Assembly: GCA_964016885.1 (NCBI GenBank)
Contig: OZ024752.1
Location: 1,488,001 to 1,552,000 of the forward strand
From: Eledone cirrhosa
Taxonomy: Eukaryota
DNA length: 64,000 nt
Direction of reading: 5' to 3'
In this document: piece after piece, positions 56,881 through 64,000 of the stretch
How the letters are laid out: the number at the start of each line of letters is the position of its first letter
How positions within the stretch are numbered: the first letter of the stretch is position 1
Position numbers and translations under genes: made by a program
The notes under the pieces: generated by a model
What the model was told of the DNA's origin: nothing
Database searches by the model: none
The model's input: only the letters and a program-made list of their open reading frames with translations

Positions 56881-58120
56881 TACATAAAAAATATACAAAA
56901 AATACCTGTAAGAAAAGCATATAAAGATACACAGGGTTGTACATGCAGACAGAGTTGATATTATGCTGCCAACGTGGATAAATCCGCGTATAGACACCTC
57001 AAGTAAGGCTACATATGATGAGTTCATGGTATTATTGCAAAGGGTATGCCCGGACCGTATATAGTAAATTCAGGGAGGATATATAAAAAAAATGTATGCA
57101 GAATATATTTAAAAAAATACATACATCTGAATTATATAAGAAAAGTATACAAAGATATACGTTGGTTTGTACATGGGAAAATATATGGGGTGTTACATAA
57201 TGGAGTGCGTGGAAAATATGCACATACCACTGAAAAGATACACATGCAGGGAGTGCGTGAACAGGCGATAAAGGAGCATGTCACTGTGGGTGAGATAGAG
57301 TGCCTTATTGATGTATTTGGTACGCTTTCATCAGATAAAATACAAAGTGTGTTTTATAAATATTGACATAGCCAAGGAACATACCTTAACGGTTGAAAGC
57401 GTACCAAAGTTTTTGGTACCCTTGAAATATATATAATAGAATAAATATGGTTCTATAAATATAGTTTCCATTTATTTAATATCATTGTATATATATATAT
57501 AAATATATATGTGTGTGTGTGTGTGTGTGTGTCCTTTTGGAGTAACTGGGAGGTTTCGAGTTGCGCAAGTATTCTTTCAGTAGCCCACAATTCATGACCA
57601 TAATTAAGAATATGCCGAAACACCAACTTCAATATAGCGAGATTTGCTACATCTACGAATCTTCTTCCAATGACCAACTGTGTTGAAACATCTAAAGTGC
57701 GTGTGACATGCCTTGATTCTGTGAACTGGTCAGAGCATTGATAATTTTTAACCTTGTGTATAGTAAATAATCTAGGAAATTCTTATTTTTATATTTAAGT
57801 TATATTCTTGAGTTGCTTGTTAGAAGAAAATTCGCTCATATTGCATTACTATATTAAATAATTTGGTTGCAATCAATGTAAATTAGTTTAATTCTGATAA
57901 TGATTATATGAATTGAATAAATTACTTTGAAAAGCTTAAGGGAAATTATTATTCAAATTTTAGTTTATGTATATATTCTTTCTGTAGACTCGGTGGAATA
58001 TTTTGGTGAATTGTATTACACCAATAAGCATAGAATTGATTTAGTCCCAATAAGCTGAGCTCGCATTTCACGTTTATGTTGTATATCTAAACATTATTAT
58101 TACAAAATTACTATATAAAT

Positions 58121-58306
58121 GGTGGTGGATTGGCAGTATCGGTAGAGGGTCGGACGCCATGCTTTGAAGGATAGAGTTACGGCCCTTGCCATTCTGAGTT
58201 CAAATCCCGCCGATTTTAACTTTGCCTTTCATCCTTACGGGGTCGATAAAATAAAGTACCAGTAATGCACTGGGTAATTGCTGGCCTTGTGTCAAAAGTA
58301 GAAACA
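58121..58306 (+). mobile_element. SINE family 1, full length
   Basis: A/B boxes, core and tail. Flanked by ATTATTACA(A/T)AATTA. Confidence 0.9.
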
Positions 58307-58330
58307 ATTATTACATAATTATATTATGTA

Positions 58331-58518
58331 AGGGCGGTTGATTGGCAGTATCGGTAGAGGGTCGGACGCCATGCTTTGCAGCAAAGAGTTACGGCCCTTT
58401 ATGGTCCGAGTTCAAATCCCGCCAAGGTTAACTTTGCCTTTCATCTTTAAGGGGTCGATAAAATAAAATACCAGTAATACACTGATAAATTGGTGGCCTT
58501 GTGCCAAAAGTAGAAGCA
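58331..58518 (+). mobile_element. SINE family 1, full length, tandem to the previous copy
   Basis: Same structure. TSD ATTATTACATAATTATAT at 58307 and 58519. Confidence 0.9.
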
Positions 58519-60119
58519 ATTATTACATAATTATATATGTTTATCTGCTTGTGGATCAATTCTTGTCATGTCAGATTGGTGGAATGGATTATTATGCAGG
58601 AATAGTATGTGTGTCTAAATATATATATATATATATATACCCCCATCACACACATATATATATATATAATGCTGAGTTATATATTTTAAATGTAACTCAT
58701 CATTGGTATTAATGAGGCTGATACTATCTGCCGGCTCCACGAAGGTTATTGAGAATATCACGTATTATCAATTATCAGAAGATATTGTTTTGTATAATTT
58801 TTCGTACTTTTCTAACTACACGGAGTAGTATCCTCTTGATATATCTGAAACACCTTCGGCAAATATAACCAGCCAAAGTATCCGCCGTTCCGTATATTTA
58901 CACCATCAACATAAATTATAAGACATGATAGTTGACAAAGTTATTAGACGTGAGATAAAATGTTTTATTGCACTTTTCACTCCAGCTCTCTGTGTTCAAA
59001 TTTCAAATAGTAAAATTTTGCCGGGATTTATTTCGGCCTCCAATAAATATATTACACCACCCCGTGTGATCGGTATGTATTTTATGGCATTAAGGAGGCG
59101 ATTAACTGCCTGGCACAGAAACCTGCAATTTGTCTTGTAATGGTAACTTTGGACAGAGATGCACTCAAATATTCATATAATAGGAATAGTTTGTCATGTG
59201 ACATATGCATATATATTGAAAGAGTAAACAGAATGTGTTAAATATATCATGCAATATATTTTGATTCATAATCTTTATTCATGGCAACGTCCTGCTTCAA
59301 AGTCTTCCATTTAATGAAGTGAGCGTGCCATAAGGTGGTGTACATTCATCGAATATCTCTGTGACATACATATCACATATGTTCAATATACACTTGCTTT
59401 TTTTTGGAGAGACGTGTTTTAAAACGACCGCTCTAACAAAAATTCGTACTGTCCAATAATTGTAACGATTAAATATAAATATATCACAATGTAAAGTTGC
59501 GAAACTCTCTTACGACACCAAGGTACTTAAATATTTACTTCACAGGGTATTTGTGAAAGGATATTTCTATGACGCATAAATAGAATTAGGACGGTATTAT
59601 TCAAATAAATCATTCAACAAAGGTTAATAAGAATGTGAAGTTTTATATAAGGTGAAATGAACGGTGATAAATATTTTAAAGATTAAAACAAAGCGGGTAC
59701 GATTGTTGTATATGTAATTCAGAAAGCTATAGGCTATCACCAACGAATGCTTACTTAATCGGTCGCTTGCGTAAAAGGTTCCTGTGCAAATGGGATATTA
59801 TTAGACCCTTAAATCTTTGCAACGATTATATATATAGATTCATAGAGGCACAAACAACATTACTGTAAACCAAACATTATCTCTGCTATACCAATTTAAA
59901 AATCACCGGCAATCTATGTAAATAAACCTTCCAAATGATAGCTTGTTTACAATCTTCTACCCCACACTCTCGTAGTTAGTAAATATATGTTAATGAGGAA
60001 TTAGGGAAACCTGAAATATGTATTCATGAAAATCTATTTACCTGTGATATGATCACAAAGTATGTCGATCAGTCATATACACAGAGTAAATGTGATAATA
60101 TATATCATTACACACGCAC

Positions 60120-60393
<274 letters not shown>

Positions 60394-60585
60394 ATAGATA
60401 TGACTGTGAATAATCAATAAAGAACTCAATCTGAAATCTCGTTTTGTTTAGATATGTACACAAACATGGAGACTCTCACACACACAAACACACACATACA
60501 TATATATATATATTTATATGTATATATATATGTGTGTCTGTGAGTGTGTATGTGTATATGTATTTCCCTCATTATGCATTAGATT

Positions 60586-60763
60586 GGATTGGCAGTATCG
60601 GTAGAGGGTCGGACGCTATGCTTTCCAGCATAGTTACGTCCCTTTACGATCTGAGTTCAAATCCCGCCGAGGTTGACTTTGCCTTTCATCCTTACGGGGT
60701 CGATAAAATAAAGTACCAGTAATGCACTGGGTAATTGCTGGCCTTGTGCCTAAAGTAGAAACA
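60586..60763 (+). mobile_element. SINE family 1
   Basis: TSD ATTATGCATTAGATT at 60571 and 60764. Confidence 0.9.
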
Positions 60764-61807
60764 ATTATGCATTAGATTATAAGCACAAGCACACAATTTA
60801 TCGACGAATCATTCAAATATAAACTAAATATATTACAGTTCATATTCAACACACTAAATAGATAGGCAATCGAATCTTCACTACACATCGTTATAGCATT
60901 TATTATTATAATGTCATCAATTTACCAGATAGACGCCATATAATAGACGAATCAACAATTATAGAAATCGAAGTGGCTATCCCACATAATTATTCAGCGT
61001 ATTGTGAACCGCATTCAGCGCTCTATAATCAGCAATCAACGAAAGGTTTCTTGTATGTTTGATGCTCAGAACATTCATTTGAGACTTGTTAAGCTGAACT
61101 TGAAGTAATACGTTTCACACAAGATTAAGGCCAGCGGAAAACGAATTAGGTTATATATATCTATTAATGGACTACACATTAAATTAAAATGAATTATAAT
61201 TATTGAGAAAACTGTAAATCTATGTGAAATATGTTCATAAATATGACTTTCAAAATAGTAATAAAAGTAACCAGCACTGATGTTTTTGAAGATGGAATAA
61301 CCAATATTTATAGTTATTGATCTATCGATTTCAGGTTAACTCTAACAGATATATTCAAACAGGTTTGATAATTCACTGCTAAAATTTGTTGTCAGTTCGA
61401 AAAATACAGATAAATATTCATATTGGATTTTTTATCCCAAGAATTGTCTGACGCATATTTTTCTAAGAATTAGACAACATTGTTATTGATGAAAATAACA
61501 TAATTTGAATTTATTATGTAATTTTAATTCACTAAAATTACTGTAATATACCAATAATCGTACAAATATTTTCTAAGTAAAATATTTTCTCTTTGATGTG
61601 TTAAATTACCACACTAAAAGAAGCATTAACAAATTTAAATGCATACATGCAGCTACAAATAGACGCATGATACATAAACACAAACAATCACACACACGCA
61701 CGCACGCACACACACACGCACACACACGGAAAGATACATCTATCTATATATATGTATATATATATATATATATATAAAAGGTAATATCATGTGCTTATGC
61801 CGTATTT

Positions 61808-61923
61808 GACTAAATAAAATTAGTCTGTTAGTTGTGATTTTAAAAGACCATCACGTCAATACTCCTCCTTTTTTCCAATCGAAGGGTTTTTTAAAAACCA
61901 CAACAGACTTATTTCATTTAGTC
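61808..61923. repeat. Imperfect ~40 bp inverted repeat (old fold-back)
   Basis: GACTAAATAAAATTAGTCTGTT..TGTGATTTTAAAAGACC versus GGTTTTTTAAAAACCACAACAGACTTATTTCATTTAGTC. Confidence 0.6.
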
Positions 61924-62002
61924 TAATACGCCGTAAGCACATATTACTACCTATTTTCAAATTCACTAACTCTTTGTAAACAAAGCCTGCTTTGTGTCTC
62001 CC

Positions 62003-62076
<74 letters not shown>

Positions 62077-62198
62077 GGAGGTGAGTTTTATTGTAGTACA
62101 ATAAAGCAATGCAGATATCGGATAAGAAGCACTCTACAGTTTGTAGGACTGGAGTATGCATAATATAAGATCAAAAGATGGTTAAAGGAGTTCCATGT

Positions 62199-62267
62199 AT
62201 TTTATTATGCGCATTTCAAAAACAAACATCATCATGCAATAATATTTGTGTTTTCATCAGATAAAAC
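62199..62267 (-). ncRNA. Type I hammerhead ribozyme (family H, minus copy)
   Basis: Exact reverse complement of 62391-62459. Confidence 0.85.
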
Positions 62268-62390
62268 AGGAGAACATGATATGAAGGCTAAAAAACACTT
62301 GTGGATAGTGCAGTTTTAAATCAACATAATATGTTGATTTAAAGCTGCACTATCCACGAGTGTTTTTTAGCCTTCATATCATGTTCTCCT

Positions 62391-62459
62391 GTTTTATCTG
62401 ATGAAAACACAAATATTATTGCATGATGATGTTTGTTTTTGAAATGCGCATAATAAAAT
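62391..62459 (+). ncRNA. Type I hammerhead ribozyme, canonical CUGAUGA core, AUA cleavage predicted after 62452
   Basis: Stem I GTTTTAT/ATAAAAT; CTGATGA; stem II AAAcaCAAATATTATT-gcat-GATGATGTTTG-TTTTT; GAAA; palindromic stem III ATGCGCAT. Confidence 0.85.
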
Positions 62460-62490
62460 ACATGGAACTCCTTTAACCATCTTTTGATCT

Positions 62491-62530
<40 letters not shown>

Positions 62531-62797
62531 GTTTGCTTGGAGCATTGTTGAATAAGAAATATGAATTTAAATAATTTTTAAAACCATACACTGTATTAGA
62601 AAATTAAAATTGTCAAGATAACAATAGTATCGTACCTTAGCAAATTTAATAATACCAATATATTTATATATATATATATATAACAATAATGGGAGTAAAA
62701 TCGAAGATGCATCATCGGCTCGCATCCCAAGAAAGAACAGACCGAGCTGAGGATCCGCACTCTTTCTCGGTATATTTAACTAACTGTTGTGGAACTA

Positions 62798-62855
<58 letters not shown>

Positions 62856-63146
62856 GTGTATGTGTTACTTTAATTAACAAAAGGGATGATCAAATTATAT
62901 ACACCGAGAAAATATTGCGAAAAGACCTTTTAATTATATAGTCCGATCCTTAATCGAAACGATATACCAAATTTTTAATAATATCCATTCGTCGGTTACA
63001 TAAGTAATTCTATAATAAATAGTTATGTGTAGCGCATCGTATGTTGAATAGACAGTATTTTTATTTTACTGTGGTCAAAATGTATGACAGAATATTCTCC
63101 GCATTTATTTAGGCCGTTGCATTAATCTTTATACAACTTTATACAA

Positions 63147-63333
63147 AGGGCGGTGGATTGGCAGTATCGGTAGAGAGTCGGACGCCATGTTTTCCAGCAT
63201 AGTTACGTCGCTTTACGGTCTGAGTTCAAATCCCGCCGAGGTTAACTTTGCCTTTCATCCTTACGGGGTCGATAAAATAAAGTACCAGTAATGTACTGGG
63301 TAATTGCTGGCCTTGTGCCAAAAAGTAGAAACA
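63147..63333 (+). mobile_element. SINE family 1, full length
   Basis: A/B boxes, core and tail. TSD ATTAATCTTTATACAACT at 63121 and 63334. Confidence 0.9.
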
Positions 63334-64000
63334 ATTAATCTTTATACAACTCTTGCTATGGCAGCATCCTTTTCGTCTTAGAGTTTCTAAGATACGCTGT
63401 GCTATACATACATGTTCAATAATAACTTTTAAATATATATGTATATTATGTAAATAAGGTTATTTCCCTTGCTGCTGTTGTGTTGTTTTCAAGCTTCACT
63501 TGTTAGCATCCATTACATGAAAATCCAAAATCGAATTTACATAAACGATATCCACATGGAATTCGTTCTTAGAGCATCATCTCAAATTAAATATATATGC
63601 TTCACAGATTAATAATTAATTCCATGAGATCCCCCTTTTAGATCTGAAAAATAAATTCTTTTACAAAGCGAGGACCCGGTGGCTCTTCTTTTAGTCCATG
63701 CATATTTATTAATGGTTTAATGTGTCTAGTTATGTGTGTGTGAAGTGCTTTTATCTCTGTTTCCATAAATAGAATTCCTCTATATACATACAACACAGTG
63801 CAACCTGTCAATGATTCGACGATCGGCGACGAAACTAACACCTTGCAAAGGACGATGAATAGGTGGATATATGAATATGTTTCCTTCATTTTCATAACGG
63901 CATATGCGCTATGTCGTTTATAAAATTGAAAGTTGATATTCTAAATCCTCATCACAAAGTATTTGTACGGAAATGCTATTTACGATCATGTACATAAATA

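Larger units (their letters stand above)
62073..62498. mobile_element. Fold-back element family H: near-perfect 339-bp palindrome 62160-62498 (centre 62329); left arm extends to (TA)n at 62072
   Basis: 169-bp arms with about 2 mismatches and a 1-nt loop. (TA)n at both ends. Confidence 0.9.

Noticed and set aside
57046-57420. 106-aa ORF and a nearby 14-bp inverted repeat (TTGGTACGCTTTCA / TGAAAGCGTACCAA)
   Set aside because: No recognisable domain and no TSD, so no element can be defined.
62741-62772. CTGAGGA inside a CCGAG/CTCGG hairpin
   Set aside because: No GAAA or NUH, so the hammerhead fold cannot be completed.

Overview
This is AT-rich, microsatellite-saturated eukaryotic DNA with no host protein-coding gene that I can support. 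The SINE types and very dense (TA)n suggest a cephalopod such as Octopus (inference). Almost all long ORFs in the track are translations of (TA)n/(CA)n/(CT)n. Recognisable coding remnants are all from retroelements: a Penelope-like (PLE) GIY-YIG endonuclease (17136-17681, -), a decayed PLE reverse transcriptase (~11745-12062, +), the 3' end of a Tx1/L1-type LINE with zf-RVT (33515-34686, +) and an RTE RT fossil. About 10 tRNA-derived SINE copies are also present. The main result is a dense population of small non-coding elements that abut (TA)n tracts and carry type I hammerhead ribozyme folds: about 22 motifs in about 11 sequence families, read by eye. Many have recurrent non-canonical cores (U3-A8, U4A, U4C, CAGUUGA), palindromic stem III and enlarged stem II. 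They occur as head-to-tail units of 316, 323 and 514 nt (retrozyme-like) or as asymmetric fold-back palindromes. In three cases the apex or arm start lies within about 1-3 nt of a predicted self-cleavage site. I infer a (TA)n-targeted, ribozyme-processed, PLE-mobilised retrozyme system. All folds and alignments were done by eye, coordinates are good to a few nt, and no ribozyme activity has been tested.
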